A stretch of DNA of 64,000 nucleotides from Macrostomum hystrix (GCA_950097015.1 CATNEN010000031.1:1984001-2048000), one strand, 5' to 3'. Positions 26,111 to 40,460 are shown, counted from the first letter of the stretch. The notes: generated by a model not told the origin, from the letters alone. Made by a program: numbers and translations.

Positions 26111-29070
26111 AAGACAGGGGAGAGATGAGACAGGGGAGAGATGAGACAGGGGAGAGATGACACAGGGGAGAGATGACACAGGGGAGAGATGACACAGGGG
26201 AGAGATGACACAGGGGAGAGATGAGGCAAGGGAGAGATGAGACAGGGGAGAGATAAGACAGGGGAGAGATGAGACAGGGGAGAGATAAGACAGGGGAGAG
26301 ATGAGACAGGGGAGAGATGAGACAGGGGAGAGATGAGACAGGGGAGAGATGAGGCAAGGGAGAGATGAGACAGGGGAGAGATGAGACAGGGCAGAGATGA
26401 GGCAAGGGAGAGATGACACAGGGGAGAGATGAGGCAAGGGAGAGATGAGACAGGGGAGAGATGAGGCAAGGGAGAGATGAGACAGGGGAGAGATGAGACA
26501 GGGGAGAGGTGAGACAGGGGGAGATGAGAGAGGGGAGAGATGACACAGGGGAGAGATGACACAGGGGAGAGATGACACAGGGGAGAGATGACACAGGGGA
26601 GAGATGACACAGGGGAGAGATGAGGCAAGGGAGAGATGAGACAGGGGAGAGATGAGGCAAGGGAGAGATGAGACAGGGGAGAGATGAGACAGGGGAGAGG
26701 TGAGACAGGGGGAGATGAGAGAGGGGAGAGATGACACAGGGGAGAGATGACACAGGGGAGAGATGACACAGGGGAGAGATGACACAGGGGAGAGATAAGA
26801 CAGGGGAGATGAGAGAGGGGAGAGATGACACAGGGGAGAGATGACACAGGGGAGAGGTGAGACAGGGGATAGATAAGACAGGGGGAGATGACAGAGGGGA
26901 GAGATGACACAGGGGAGAGATGACACAGGGGAGAGATGACACAGGGGAGAGATGACACAGGGGAGAGATGACACAGGGGAGAGATGAGGCAAGGGAGAGA
27001 TGAGACAGGGGAGAGATAAGGCAAGGGAGAGATGAGACAGGGGAGAGATGAGACAGGGGAGAGGTGAGACAGGGGATAGATAAGACAGGGGGAGATGAGA
27101 GAGGGGAGAGATGACACAGGGGAGAGATGAGGCAAGGGAGAGATGACACAGGGGAGAGATGACACAAGGGAGAGATGAGGCAAGGGAGAGATGAGACAGG
27201 GGAGAGATGAGGCAAGGGAGAGATGAGACAGGGGAGAGATGACACAAGGGAGAGATGAGGCAAGGGAGAGATGAGGCAAGGGAGAGATGACACAGGGGAG
27301 AGATGACACAAGGGAGAGATGAGGCAAGGGAGAGATGAGACAGGGGAGAGATGAGGCAAGGGAGAGATGAGACAGGGGAGAGATGAGACAGGGGAGAGGT
27401 GAGACAGGGGATAGATAAGACAGGGGAGATGAGAGAGGGGAGAGATGACACAGGGGAGAGATGACACAGGGGAGAGGTGAGACAGGGGATAGATAAGACA
27501 GGGGGAGATGAGAGAGGGGAGAGATGACACAGGGGAGAGATGACACAGGGGAGAGATGACACAGGGGAGAGATGAGGCAAGGGAGAGATGAGACAGGGGA
27601 GAGATAAGGCAAGGGAGAGATGAGACAGGGGAGAGATAAGGCAAGGGAGAGATGAGACAGGGGAGAGATGAGACAGGGGAGAGGTGAGACAGGGGATAGA
27701 TAAGACAGGGGGAGATGAGAGAGGGGAGAGATGACACAGGGGAGAGATGAGGCAAGGGAGAGATGACACAGGGGAGAGATGACACAAGGGAGAGATGAGG
27801 CAAGGGAGAGATGAGACAGGGGAGAGATGAGGCAAGGGAGAGATGAGACAGGGGAGAGATGAGACAGGGGAGAGGTGAGACAGGGGATAGATAAGACAGG
27901 GGGAGATGAGAGAGGGGAGAGATGACACAGGGGAGAGATGACACAGGGGAGAGATGACACAGGGGAGAGATGACACAGGGGAGAGATAAGACAGGGGAGA
28001 TGAGAGAGGGGAGAGATGACACAGGGGAGAGATGACACAGGGGAGAGATGACACAGGGGAGAGATGACACAGGGGAGAGATGACACAGGGGAGAGATGAC
28101 ACAGGGGAGAGATGAGGCAAGGGAGAGATGAGACAGGGGAGAGATAAGACAGGGGAGAGATGAGACAGGGGAGAGATAAGACAGGGGAGAAATGAGGCAA
28201 GGGAGAGATGAGACAGGGGAGAGATGAGACAGGGGAGAGATGAGACAGGGGAGAGATGACACAAGGGAGAGATGAGGCAAGGGAGAGATGAGACAGGGGA
28301 GAGATGAGGCAAGGGAGAGATGAGACAGGGGAGAGATGAGACAGGGGAGAGGTGAGACAGGGGATAGATAAGACAGGGGGAGATGAGAGAGGGGAGAGAT
28401 GAGACAGGGGAGAGATGAGACAGGGGAGATGAGAGAGGGGAGAGATGACACAGGGGAGAGATGAGACAGGGGAGAGATGAGGCAAGGGAGAGATGAGACA
28501 GGGCAGAGATGAGGCAAGGGAGAGATGACACAGGGGAGAGATGACACAGGGGAGAGATGACACAAGGGAGAGATGACACAGGGGAGAGATGACACAAGGG
28601 AGAGATGAGGCAAGGGAGAGATGAGACAGGGGAGAGATGAGGCAAGGGAGAGATGAGACAGGGGAGAGATGAGACAGGGGAGAGGTGAGACAGGGGATAG
28701 ATAAGACAGGGGGAGATGAGAGAGGGGAGAGATGACACAGGGGAGAGATGACACAGGGGAGAGATGACACAGGGGAGAGATAAGACAGGGGAGATGAGAG
28801 AGGGGAGAGATGACACAGGGGAGAGATGACACAGGGGAGTGATGACACAGGGGAGAGATAAGACAGGGGAGATGAGAGAGGGGAGAGATGACACAGGGGA
28901 GAGATGACACAGGGGAGAGATGACACAGGGGAGAGATAAGACAGGGGAGATGAGAGAGGGGAGAGATGACACAGGGGAGAGATGACACAGGGGAGAGATG
29001 ACACAGGGGAGAGATAAGACAGGGGAGATGAGAGAGGGGAGAGATGACACAGGGACAGATAAGACACAGG
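26111..29070. repeat. 3-kb array of the 16-bp family (GAGACAGGGGAGAGAT with GACAC/GAGGCAA variants)
   Basis: Source of the three ~1000-aa pseudo-ORFs. Confidence 0.97.
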
Positions 29071-29582
29071 AGAGTACTATGGTGGACAGCTTCTGACATT
29101 TCCATATACAGGAAATGTATTACAGCAGGATCCGCAAATTATATATACTATCAATGGAAATTCTTTGCTGATTGACAGATTTTTTTTTTATGTAAACATT
29201 TTTATGTTGTTTTCAGTTCTGAGTTGTTTTGCAACACTGTATGATTATTTAATACGGAACAGCTCCAAGGTCATAAGAATTTACTAAAATGCAGTTGCAT
29301 TTCTAGAGTTGAATCCAGAGTTATGTCGTTTAGTTCAGGAAAACTTTGACCAGTCAGCAACAGCTAATATGAAGCCCGGGGTGGGAGGGGTGAGTCAATA
29401 CAATGACTTGAGCAATTCCCTGACTACGAAGGAATGGGAGTCAGTCAATCTGTCACTAAAAGAAGACATTTTTTAACAAACAACAGTTTTGTCACTGGAA
29501 GAAAGAGAAGTAAAAGCATATATTGGAGGCAGATTATGAATAAAAAGAAAAAAGACAGAGATTGCATACTGCGGAGAGATAA

Positions 29583-30157
29583 GAAGATGAGACACGGAGA
29601 GATGAGACACGGGAGAGATGAGACACGGAGAGATGAGACACGGGAGAGATGAGACACGGGAGAGATGAGACAGGGGAGAGATGAGACACGGGAGAGATGA
29701 GACACGGGAGAGATGAAACACAGAGAGATGAGACACGGGAGAGATGAGACACAGAGAGATGAGACACGGGAGAGATGAGACACGGAGAGATGAGACACGG
29801 GAGAGATGAGACACGGAGAGATGAGACACGGGAGAGATGAGACACGGGAGAGATGAGACACGGGAGAGATGAGACACGGGAGAGATGAGACACGGGAGAG
29901 ATGAGACACGGGAGAGATGAGACAGGGGAGAGATGGGACAGAGGAGAGATGAGACACGGAGAGATGAGACACGGGAGAGATGAGACACGGGAGAGATGAG
30001 ACACGGGAGAGATGAGACACGGGAGAGATGAGACACGGGAGAGATGAGACAGGGGAGAGATGAGACACGGGAGAGATGAGACACGGGAGAGATGAGACAG
30101 GGGAGAGATGGGACAGAGGAGAGATGAGACAGGGGAGAGATGAGACACGGGAGAGAC
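29583..30157. repeat. 16-bp family array (GAGACACGGGAGAGAT)
   Basis: Direct reading. Confidence 0.96.
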
Positions 30158-30304
30158 TGACCGGAAAAGATGAGTAATGAAAATAATACGTAAGATGATA
30201 AGATAGGAAAAGTAAAGGTAAAGCAGAGCGAATATGAGATAGTACTCGTAGGAAGATGAGGTGAAGAATCTGGAGACTAGCCAGTCCCAAAATAGCCAGC
30301 TCAC

Positions 30305-30478
30305 CAACGCAGGCTCCGGTGGGCGCATAGAACCGGAAGCCCCTGACGCAGGTGCAGTCGCCCGAATTCGGATGGCAGCCCAGCCGGTTCTGGCCCAGAG
30401 CGATGCGACACCGGTCCCGCTCTCTGCAGCCGTTGTCACCGGCGTCAGCGACCACCGACTCGGTGAGGTCGGCAGAGT
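30305..30478 (-). CDS. Gene B exon 2: EGF-like domain
   Basis: DSADLTESVVADAGDNGCRERDRCRIALGQNRLGCHPNSGDCTCVRGFRFYAPTGACV; actttgacag/gtgagc; 174 nt, phase 1-1. Confidence 0.85.
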
Positions 30479-30546
30479 CTGTCAAAGTTTAGTGAGCGAT
30501 TTTAGGACAGGACATAGCATGTTTTCTTGTACTGTGGACTTATCTA

Positions 30547-30610
30547 GGGTGAGATTAGACAGGGTGAGATTAGACAGGGTGAGATTAGACAGGGTGAGAT
30601 GAGACTGGGC
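30547..30610. repeat. 15-bp repeat (GGGTGAGATTAGACA), about 4 copies
   Basis: Direct reading. Confidence 0.85.
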
Positions 30611-31699
30611 GAGATGAGACAGGGGAAAGATGAGACGAGGGAGATATGGGACAGATGAGTGAAGAGACAATGTAAGGATTAGTGATAAGTCATGCGATGA
30701 GACAGAGGCGGATTAGTGCCGGTGGACCGGGGGTTACTGACTGCCGCTGGTTCTGAGTGTTTGATTTATTTTTTAGGAACAACTCAACCAAGTCTCGCGA
30801 TTTTCTTAGAGTTCATGACTCTCGCTTTGACTGTCTGTCAAAAGTTCAAGTGTTAAGCACGTGACCTTCAAATGTGCTCATCCTTCAGTTGCAAAAATGC
30901 TCGCTACCAGCTAATACCAACCAAAAAAACAGAACAGGCAGTTTGTTGTACAGAAGAGAAATTATTGCACCGTTTAGACTCTGGATAAGACTCACTCGTG
31001 CTCATGATCATGCTCATGCTCAAATCACACACGGACAGCCTGCGACAGGTGCTGATTCAAACAAAGAAGGAAGCATTAAAAAAATATCTCAGCCTGTTCT
31101 CAGAAGTGAATTTTAGGTAGAATAATAGACACCAGGCGCCTGTTATGAGCAGTTTACTTCATCTGCTAGAACTCTCATAGTGCTTAGTGGCAGGTGTGAG
31201 CTGGGACAACTCACCAACTATCTTTTTCTGCCCCTATCCCAGCCTCCGGAGTTAAATGAGGCTAATTTTCTAATTCCAGCCGCAAGCTATTTAGTTTCCC
31301 AGGCCCCAGATGGTGAAGTCCTTGACGAGTAGAAATCCCTGGAATGCCGCCTGTCTGAAGCCGGAAAAATTGCCTTACTGTCGAATCCGTCTCCGGGATG
31401 AAATTAGGAAAAGCTGAAAGCGTCGCCTAATTTTCTCTAGCTTTGGAGATGGGCCGGGGAATTTGCGAGTAAGCGGCTAGGTGACTGTCTAGGCTAGACA
31501 GTGTGATGCATTGCCCAGCATAGATTAGCTTGGGCTATAATGAAAATTGCCTTCTTTGAAGCACTAGACTTCTCTCGTTTTCTAAGCATTTCCATTTCTA
31601 TTTTTTAATTAACAAAAAACGCTGCGGCAAACAAAATGATAGCTTCTGATGGGTATGCCTGGGTATCTTCTGTACACCTGTCCCCAATACCACTGCCTC

Positions 31700-32635
31700 A
31701 GTACACCACCCTCAACATACCACCCACGGTACACCAAAACCCTCGGTACACCACCATCGGTACACCACTCTCGGTACACCACTATTGGTACACCACTATT
31801 GGTACACCACTCTCGGTACACCACTATTGGTACACCACTCTCGGTACACCACTCTCGGTACACCACTCTCGGTACACCACTCTCGGTACACCACTCTCGG
31901 TACACCAAAACCCTCGATGCACCACCCTCGATACACCACCCTCGGTACACCACCATTGGAACACCACCTTCGGTACAACATCGGTACACCGCCCTCGGTA
32001 CACCACCCTTGGTACACCACCCTTGGTACACCACTCTTGGTACACCACCCTCGGTACACCACAACCCTCGGTACACCACTCTCGGTACACCACTCTCGGT
32101 ACACCAAAACCCTCGATGCACCACCCTCGATACACCACCCTCGGTACACCACCATTGGAACACCACCTTCGGTAAAACATCGGTACACCGCCCTCGGTAC
32201 ACCACCCTTGGTACACCACCCTTGGTACACCACTCTCGGTACACCACTCTCGGTACACCACTCTCGGTACACCACTCTCGGTACACCACTCTCGGTACAC
32301 CACTCTCGGTACACCACTCTCGGTACACCACTCTCGGTACACCAAAACCCTCGATGCACCACCCTCGATACACCACCCTCGGTACACCACCATTGGAACA
32401 CCACCTTCGGTACAACATCGGTACACCGCCCTCGGTACACCACCCTTGGTACACCACCCTTGGTACACCACCCTTGGTACACCACCCTCGGTACACCACA
32501 ACCCTCGGTACACCACACTCGGTACACCACAACCCTCGGTACACCACACTCGGTGCACCAAAACCCTCGGTACACAACACTCGGTACACTACCCTTGGTA
32601 CACCGCCCTCGTTACACCACAACCCTCGGTACACC
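31700..32635. repeat. 14-bp minisatellite (GGTACACCACTCTC) with a recurring ~130-bp variant block
   Basis: Block AAACCCTCGATGCACCACCCTCGATAC... recurs near 31908, 32107 and 32345. Confidence 0.95.
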
Positions 32636-33197
32636 CAAATTTCATAACAGGCCTATGCCCCAGATTATTGGTCCATCTAAACCAGCAACAGTCGCGGCAT
32701 CAGTGCCTTGAGCTAGACTATCCTATGTGCAGTGTGATCAATCATGCCAATCTGTTAATTGTTCCTCTGAGGCGAGTTGGCTAAAGCCAAAGGTTTAGAT
32801 TGGACACGACCTCCAGACAGCGGGTAACTCAATCAGGCAGTGCAAGCTCGCTTCGAAAATAATCATCGGTGGTTGCCTCATCAAGCTTGTTCAGCTTCAG
32901 GGCTAGGAATGTTTTTTTCGTGATAATCAAGAACCCATAACAGGCTCTGACTCATCTCAACATTTTGAGATAAAATAATAAGTAACAAGTAAAATGGAAT
33001 CAGAGATTAGACGTATTTGAAAACTAAAATAGACATCACTAGATCAAAACGTTTTTGGATTCAGACATCTATAGATTCTATCTATCTACTCGTATCTAAC
33101 TGCTTCTTATCTATCTATAGATACAGAAATATATATCTCTACTCGTAGATAAAGACATATATTGATATAAACACCTAAAAATCTAAATATTATAGGA

Positions 33198-33602
33198 TAC
33201 AGACATCCATAGATCCAGACATCCATAGATCCAGACATCCATAGATCCAGACATCCATAGATCCAGACATCCATAGATCCAGACATCCATAGGTCCAGAG
33301 ATTCATAGATCCAGACATCCATAGATCCAGACATCCATAGATCAAGACATCCATAGATCCAGACATCCATAGATCCAGACATCCATAGATCCAGACATCC
33401 ATAGATCCAGACATCCATAGATCCAGACGTCCATAGATCCAGACATCCATAGATCCAGACATCCATAGGTCCAGAGATTCATAGATCCAGACATCCATAG
33501 ATCCAGACATCAATAGATCCAGACATCCATAGATCCAGACATCCATAGATCCAAACTTCCATAGATCCAGACATCCATAGATCCAGATATCCATAGATCC
33601 AG
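33198..33602. repeat. 16-bp minisatellite (CATCCATAGATCCAGA)
   Basis: Direct reading. Confidence 0.96.
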
Positions 33603-34914
33603 GAGTCCACAGATTCAGGAATCTTTACAGACGGAAATCTATGGATAAAGAAATCTATTCATCTAGTCATCTCTAGATTGCGATTCAATCTCTGTCTGTA
33701 TCTCTACATTTTCTGAGTAGATTTAAATTAGTGAGACGTTGAGAAGCAGAAACTGAGAACACTTGGTAGAACTGAGATGGAGAGCGGAGAGAGACTGTGG
33801 CGCCAGAAAGTGCATCAGGGAAGGTCTGCCTTCACTGCCCAGCAGGGGAAGAAGCAGCTTGTGTGTTGAGGCGCTATTTTGGGTGTCAGAAAAACCTGGA
33901 CTTGAGTAGAGAGATGCCGATTTGTGAGAAGCTGTTGGCCGCCCCAGCTGCTGCAGCAGCTGCTGCTGCTGTTTCTGCAGGTGCTCCGCTGGTATTTAAG
34001 TACAGCCCCCAATACCCAACCAGCTCGCCATCTTGACCCAGGCGCGGAAACTGGTCCCGCTTTGAGCTGTCGCTAAAGCTAAGGGAAGGAATTTGAGACC
34101 TAACCGTGAGCTGACCCAATTCCAAAAGCTGAACTGTTCACTATTATACGCAAAATGCGTATATTTGTATACATCGACAGCTGTATATACTGGACTTGGT
34201 GTCACTGCGTACTTGAAAGTGCAATTCATTAATGCAAATTGACCAGTTCGCGCACACACACAGCATATCCCTAAGTAGTTGCTAGGGCTAGGGGTATTTC
34301 AATTCTCCAGGTTGCCAGTCTTCTGAGCAGAATGCTTCATCATCTCAGCTTTAGCTAGGAGTCTGGGCTGAGCAAGTGTGTCCAACCCGCCTAGGGACTT
34401 GCAGAACCTCATTTGCTGTTTTTTCCCATGAGAGGAGAGGCAGAGCCTGAAAGGGCCCAGGGCTTGGCGGCCGCCCCCCTCGGACTTTTACCGAACACTC
34501 TCAGAGCAGGCAGTCCTGGCGAGTGAGTCGGCCATCGGCTGGCGTCGATCTGGGAGGCCGGTTCAGCGAGGAAAATGTCCACCGACTCTGCAAGGTAAAC
34601 ATAGAATAACTGATCATTTAGGCGCGAGAATTGACAGCTTCTAATTTGATTCGCAGCATCAATATTATCTAAAGCTGCCGTCTAGAATCTTGAGTTCCGC
34701 GACGTGTCTGCACCTTTTTAGACCTCTTGTTGGCTCTCTTAAGGTTAATTTACGTCCTTAGGGTTCTGGTTGGAGATTAGCTAGTTGTATAAATGTACTT
34801 CTGCATGCTGAATTGCGCCTAAAATAAAGATTTTTATCACTCAATTGAATAACTGCTTGAAATTCACCCAAGGAATGACTATATTTATCACTAGAGTCGT
34901 AGTGTCAGGCGGCA

Positions 34915-35270
34915 CTGAGCTGTGTCAGGACTGAGCTGTGTCAGGACTGAGCTGTGTCAGGACTGAGCTGTGTCAGGACTGAGCTGTGTCAGGACTGAGC
35001 TGTGTCAGGACTGAGCTGTGTCAGGACTGAGCTGTGTCAGGACTGAGCTATGTCAGGACTGAGCTGTGTCAGGACTGAGCTGTGTCAGGACTGAGCTGTG
35101 TCAGGACTGAGCTATGTCAGGACTGATTTGTGTCAGGACTGAGCTGTGTCAGGACTGAGCTATGTCAGGACTGATTTGTGTCAGGACTGAACTGTGTCAG
35201 GACTGAGCTGTGTCAGGACTGAGCTGTGTCAGGACTGATTTGTGTCAGGACTGAGCTGTGTCAGGACTGA
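34915..35270. repeat. 16-bp minisatellite (GAGCTGTGTCAGGACT)
   Basis: Period 16. Confidence 0.96.
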
Positions 35271-35832
35271 GTTGGTTCAGAAGAAGAACCGATTGTTCTG
35301 TGCTTATTTACCTCCAGGCAAGGAAGGTGACTCAGTGGCCCAGTTCCACTTAAAACTGAAGCGGACGCACGTGTCAAAAAATTTTCCGCCTAAATATAGC
35401 AAAGGAAGTTAATGATTTGAAATTCCCACGCCTATAATTTCAGTTCTGTGTCCCATTTCTAGGACCAGGCATTATGTCAGCGACTCAACAATAGATGATG
35501 CAGGTCGCACAGGCTTACTTTAAATTTTTAAAACAGCAAGTTTATGTCCACGATTCATTGTGAATATTTGTTATTGCAATAAGCTATTCTGTATCCGAAT
35601 TTTGTAGACCCGAATCTACAAATCGATCTTTCGCCTCAGAAAGCTCCGCTTCAAAATCCTCTGATGACATTTTTCCGGTTGTAAATTGTGGCCGGAGAAA
35701 AATTGAAGCAGTAAAAGTGCATTTGCGAGTAAACTGCGAGACATTATAGAACAAATAACTAAGCTAGTTAGCTTGTTGTTCATTGGTTAGATTTGTGTCA
35801 TTTAGCAAGACACTTGATTAGCTAGTGCTTCA

Positions 35833-35915
35833 TTTGTTTGTTTGTTTTTTGTTTGTTTTTGTTTGTTTTTTGTTTGTTTGCTTTTCGTTTGTTTGTTTTT
35901 TTGTTTGTTATTTTG
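35833..35915. repeat. Degenerate (TTTG)n microsatellite
   Basis: Direct reading. Confidence 0.8.
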
Positions 35916-36332
35916 TTTGCTTGTTAGCTGGCTAGCTAGTTAGTTGGTTAATTAGCTAGTTAGTACGCAGATAGTAAATAGAAGTATATATGCATTCTCC
36001 GTAGAATTGCATTCTGATTCGTCGCTCTTGGGCGGAAAATGTTTCATTCTATTTTATTTCGCAAACATATTAAAAGCAATCATATTACAATAGTGTGAGC
36101 TCCCCAGAGCTCGCCAAACATTCCATGTCTGCCCCGCATCCTTAGCCCGTTACTGGTGTCCTATTTTATACAATGTTTGGACTCAAACACAAGCTTTGAA
36201 CGTAAGTGTTTTATAGCCAAACCTTCATTTGTCTGTGGATAGAGAGGTAAAATTAACGTGGGAATGGCTGCAGAACAATGGAATTAGGCCTATTTTGGTC
36301 CAGTAGTACAATGCAGTCCTACGGAAGCTTGA

Positions 36333-37865
36333 TTGTAATACCCACTGAGTGTAGAATGTAATACCCACTGAGTGTAGAATGTAATACCCACTGAGTGTAG
36401 AATGTAATACCCACTGAGTGTAGAATGCAATACCCACTGAATGTAGAATGTAATACCCACTGAATGTAGAATGTAACACCCACTGAGTGTAGAATGTAAC
36501 ACCCACTGAATGTAGAATGTAATACCCACTGAATGTAGAATGTAATACCCACTGAATGTAGAATGCAATACCCACTGAGTGTAGAATGTAATACCCACTG
36601 AGTGTAGAATGTAATACCCACTGAGTGTAGAATGTAATACCCACTGAGTGTAGAATGTAATACCCACTGAATGTAGAATGTAATACCCACTGAATGTAGA
36701 ATGTAATACCCACTGAATGTAGAATGTAATACCCACTGAATGTAGAATGTAACACCCACTGAATGTAGAATGTAACACCCACTGAATGTAGAATGTAATA
36801 CCCACTGAATGTAGAATGTAACACCCACTGAATGTAGAATGTAACACCCACTGAGTGTAGAATGTAATACCCACTGAATGTAGAATGTAATACCCACTGA
36901 ATGTAGAATGTAATACCCACTGAATGTAGAATTTAATACCCACTGAATGTAGAATGTAATACCCACTGAATGTAGAATGCAATACCCACTGAGTGTAGAA
37001 TGTAACACCCACTGAATGTAGAATGTAACACCCACTGAATGTAGAATGTAATACCCACTGAATGTAGAATGTAACACCCACTGAATGTAGAATGTAACAC
37101 CCACTGAGTGTAGAATGTAATACCCACTGAATGTAGAATGTAATACCCACTGAATGTAGAATGTAATACCCACTGAATGTAGAATTTAATACCCACTGAA
37201 TGTAGAATGTAATACCCACTGAATGTAGAATGTAATACCCACTGAATGTAGAATGTAACACCCACTGAATGTAGAATGTAATACCCACTGAATGTAGAAT
37301 GTAATACCCACTGAATGTAGAATGTAACACCCACTGAATGTAGAATGTAATACCCACTGAATGTAGAATGTAATACCCACTGAATGTAGAATGTAACACC
37401 CACTGAGTGTAGAATGTAATACCCACTGAATGTAGAATGTAATACCCACTGAATGTAGAATGTAATACCCACTGAATGTAGAATGTAACACCCACTGAAT
37501 GTAGAATGTAACACCCACTGAATGTAGAATGTATTACCCACTGAATGTAGAATGTAATACCCACTGAATGTAGAATGTAACACCCACTGAATGTAGAATT
37601 TAATACCCACTGAATGTAGAATGTAATACCCACTGAATGTAGAATGTAATACCCACTGAATGTAGAATGTAATACCCACTGAATGTAGAATGTAATACCC
37701 ACTGAATGTAGAATGTAATACCCCTGAATGTAGAATGTAATACCCACTGAATGTAGAATGTAACACCCACTGAATGTAGAATGTAATACCCCTGAATGTA
37801 GAATGTAATACCCACTGAATGTAGAATGTAATACCCACTGAATGTAGAATGTAATACCCACTGAA
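36333..37865. repeat. 23-bp minisatellite (GTAGAATGTAATACCCACTGAAT), about 66 copies
   Basis: 23-aa periodic pseudo-ORFs. Confidence 0.97.
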
Positions 37866-38311
37866 GTTATAATGCATTTCCTCAGTGTTGGGTCTTCTCA
37901 CAAACCTGTAAAAGCAGAGAGACTTAAATGCAGAAAACCAGAGATGACTCAGGCGTCAGAGGAGCAATTTTTTTCCAGAAAATATGGTCCTTAGTCGGAC
38001 TACAGCACATGAAGTGTAAATGCTAAGGGGCTGGCACTACATGCAGCAGTGTTTTAATGTAGAAGCACTGCTGCTAGGAGGAGACCAGGCCAGAATTATC
38101 TATCCGAAAACAAAGCGAAATCATCGCTGTGTCCATTCTTAATAGCGTCCTCTGTTTATTATCAGGCCCAAACAGAATAGTCATGGGGAAAGCATTTTCA
38201 GATTTCGTGAATTGTAGGCTCTTGTTAGACTAGGGGAAGATTGACAGCCTCTCCGTGTTCTTGCTAAAAATCAAGTCTGTATCTGCTTGTTTCGCTTGAC
38301 TTGCTTCACTT

Positions 38312-39065
38312 TTCTATTTATTCCATTCCATTCTATTCCATTCTATTCTATTCTATTCTATTCTATTCTATTCTATTCTATTATATTCGGTTCTATTCTG
38401 TTCTAATCTATTCTATTCTATTCTATTCTATTCTATTCTATTCTATTCTATTCTATTCTATTCTATTCTATTCTATTCTATTCTATTATATTCTGTTCTA
38501 TTCTGTTCTAATCTATTCTATTCGATTCTATTGTATTCTATTCTATTCTATTCTATTCTATTTTATTCTATTCTGTTCTTATCTATTCTATTCTATTCTA
38601 ATCTATTCTATTCTATTCTATTCTATTCTATTCTATTCTATTCTATTCTATTCTATTCTATTCTATTCTATTCTATTCTATTCTATTCTATTCTATTCTA
38701 TTCTATTCTATTATATTCGGTTCTATTCTGTTCTAATCTATTCTATTCTATTCTATTCTATTCTATTCTATTCTATTCTATTCTATTCTATTCTATTCTA
38801 TTCTATTCTATTCTATTATATTCTGTTCTATTCTGTTCTAATCTATTCTATTCTATTCTATTCTATTCTGTTCTAATCTATTCTATTCGATTCTATTGTA
38901 TTCTATTCTATTCTATTCTATTCTATTTTATTCTATTCTGTTCTTATCTATTCTATTCTATTCTAATCTATTCTATTCTATTCTATTCTATTCTATTCTG
39001 TTCTAATCTATTCTATTCTATTATATTATATTATATTCTATTCTATTCTATTCTATTCTGTTCTA
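38312..39065. repeat. (ATTCT)n microsatellite with interruptions
   Basis: Direct reading. Confidence 0.97.
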
Positions 39066-39090
39066 TTCAATTTTGCTCAATTCAACTCAC

Positions 39091-39217
39091 CGAGGCCCAG
39101 TGCAGACCCTGGCACCGTCAGTGTGAGCTCCTCGCGAATACCCAGAAGTCTGCACGCAGTCATCGCGCCGCATAACGTCACCAGAGAGCAGAGCGTCAGG
39201 GTTGTCAAAGTTGTCAT
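39091..39217 (-). CDS. Gene B exon 1: signal peptide-like N-terminus
   Basis: MTTLTTLTLCSLVTLCGAMTACRLLGIREELTLTVPGSALGL; ATG context GCCATG, donor gtgagt; phase 1 matches exon 30305-30478. Confidence 0.7.
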
Positions 39218-39332
39218 GGCAACCCGGCTGTTGCATCCCGTGCCGGCTGGACGTCTGAGAACGTCAACCTAGAAGTTTTTTTTAAATTGCTACAATTAAA
39301 ATCTTAAAAGCTATTTTAGTTCACAATTCTCA

Positions 39333-39945
39333 CGATTCACAATTCACAGTTATCAGAACTCCCAATTCTCATAATTCATAATTCTTACGATTCAGAATTG
39401 TCATAATTCACGATTCTCACAATTCTCAATTCTCAAAATTCACAATTCTCACAATTCACAATTCTCACAATTCACAATTCACTGTTATCAGAATTCACAA
39501 TTCTCACAATTCACAATTCTCACAATTCACAATTCTCACAATTCACAATTCTCACAATTCACAATTCTCACGATTCACAATTCTCACGATTCACAATTCT
39601 CACAATTCACAATTCTCACAATTCACAATTCTCACAATTCACAATTCTCACAATTCACAATTCTCACAATTCACAATTCTCACAATTCACAATTCTCACA
39701 ATTCACAATTCTCACAATTCACAATTCTCACAATTCACAATTCTCACAATTCACAATTCTCACAATTCACAATTCTCACAATTCACAATTCTCACAATTC
39801 ACAATTCTCACGATTCACAATTCACAGTTATCAGACTTCACAATTATTATTATTCACAATTCTCACAATTCACAATTCTCACAATACACAATTCTCTCGA
39901 TTCACAATTCACAGTTATCACAATTCTCAATTATTATTATTCAAA
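39333..39945. repeat. 16-bp minisatellite (AATTCTCACAATTCAC; 9+7 subunits)
   Basis: Period 16. Confidence 0.95.
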
Positions 39946-40329
39946 ATTCGCAAACTTTATGAAACGTCAAAAATCAAATTTCCCTGTCGCGTTGTTGTCT
40001 TTGTTGATTTCAAGTCGCGAAAAGTGGCTTCAAGATACCAGATTGGGGTCAAAAACTAAATCAAGCCAATCACCGGTTTCATTTTCGTGTGAGAATCTGA
40101 CAATTTCTTAGAGTGCTGGCACGGAACAACTGGATTCACTGAAGCGTGCGGAAGTCCAACGGGAAATCAACATCGAGATGCTATTTCCCAAACGGTATGA
40201 GAGGTGCAGAACGAGTTATTAAATCAATAAATAATTCTGGCATGAATTATTTTCCAGAGCCTTCTGAATGTCACTGAAATGTTTTCTTACAGTTTTTGAC
40301 CATCGAACACCATCCATCGTGGAGCTCGA

Positions 40330-40460
40330 ACACCGTGGTTAGAGCTTTGGACTTATGACTGGGAGGTCAGGTGTTCGAATCTCGACCTAAGGAAATCATT
40401 TGTACTCTTTCTTAGGACACCGAATTCCATAGTGCTTCAGCTCAACCAGCTGTAAAATAG
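40330..40460 (+). mobile_element. Decayed tRNA-headed CORE/MIR-like SINE
   Basis: CGTGGTTAGAGC...GTTCGAATC, then GTGCTTCAGCTCAACCAGCTGTAAAATAG, resembling the MIR core GTGCCTCAGTTTCCTCATCTGTAAAATGG. Confidence 0.55.

Noticed and set aside
21509-37901. Long ORFs of 200-1046 aa in the ORF track
   Set aside because: They are periodic translations of minisatellites, open in several frames, with no splice or codon support.
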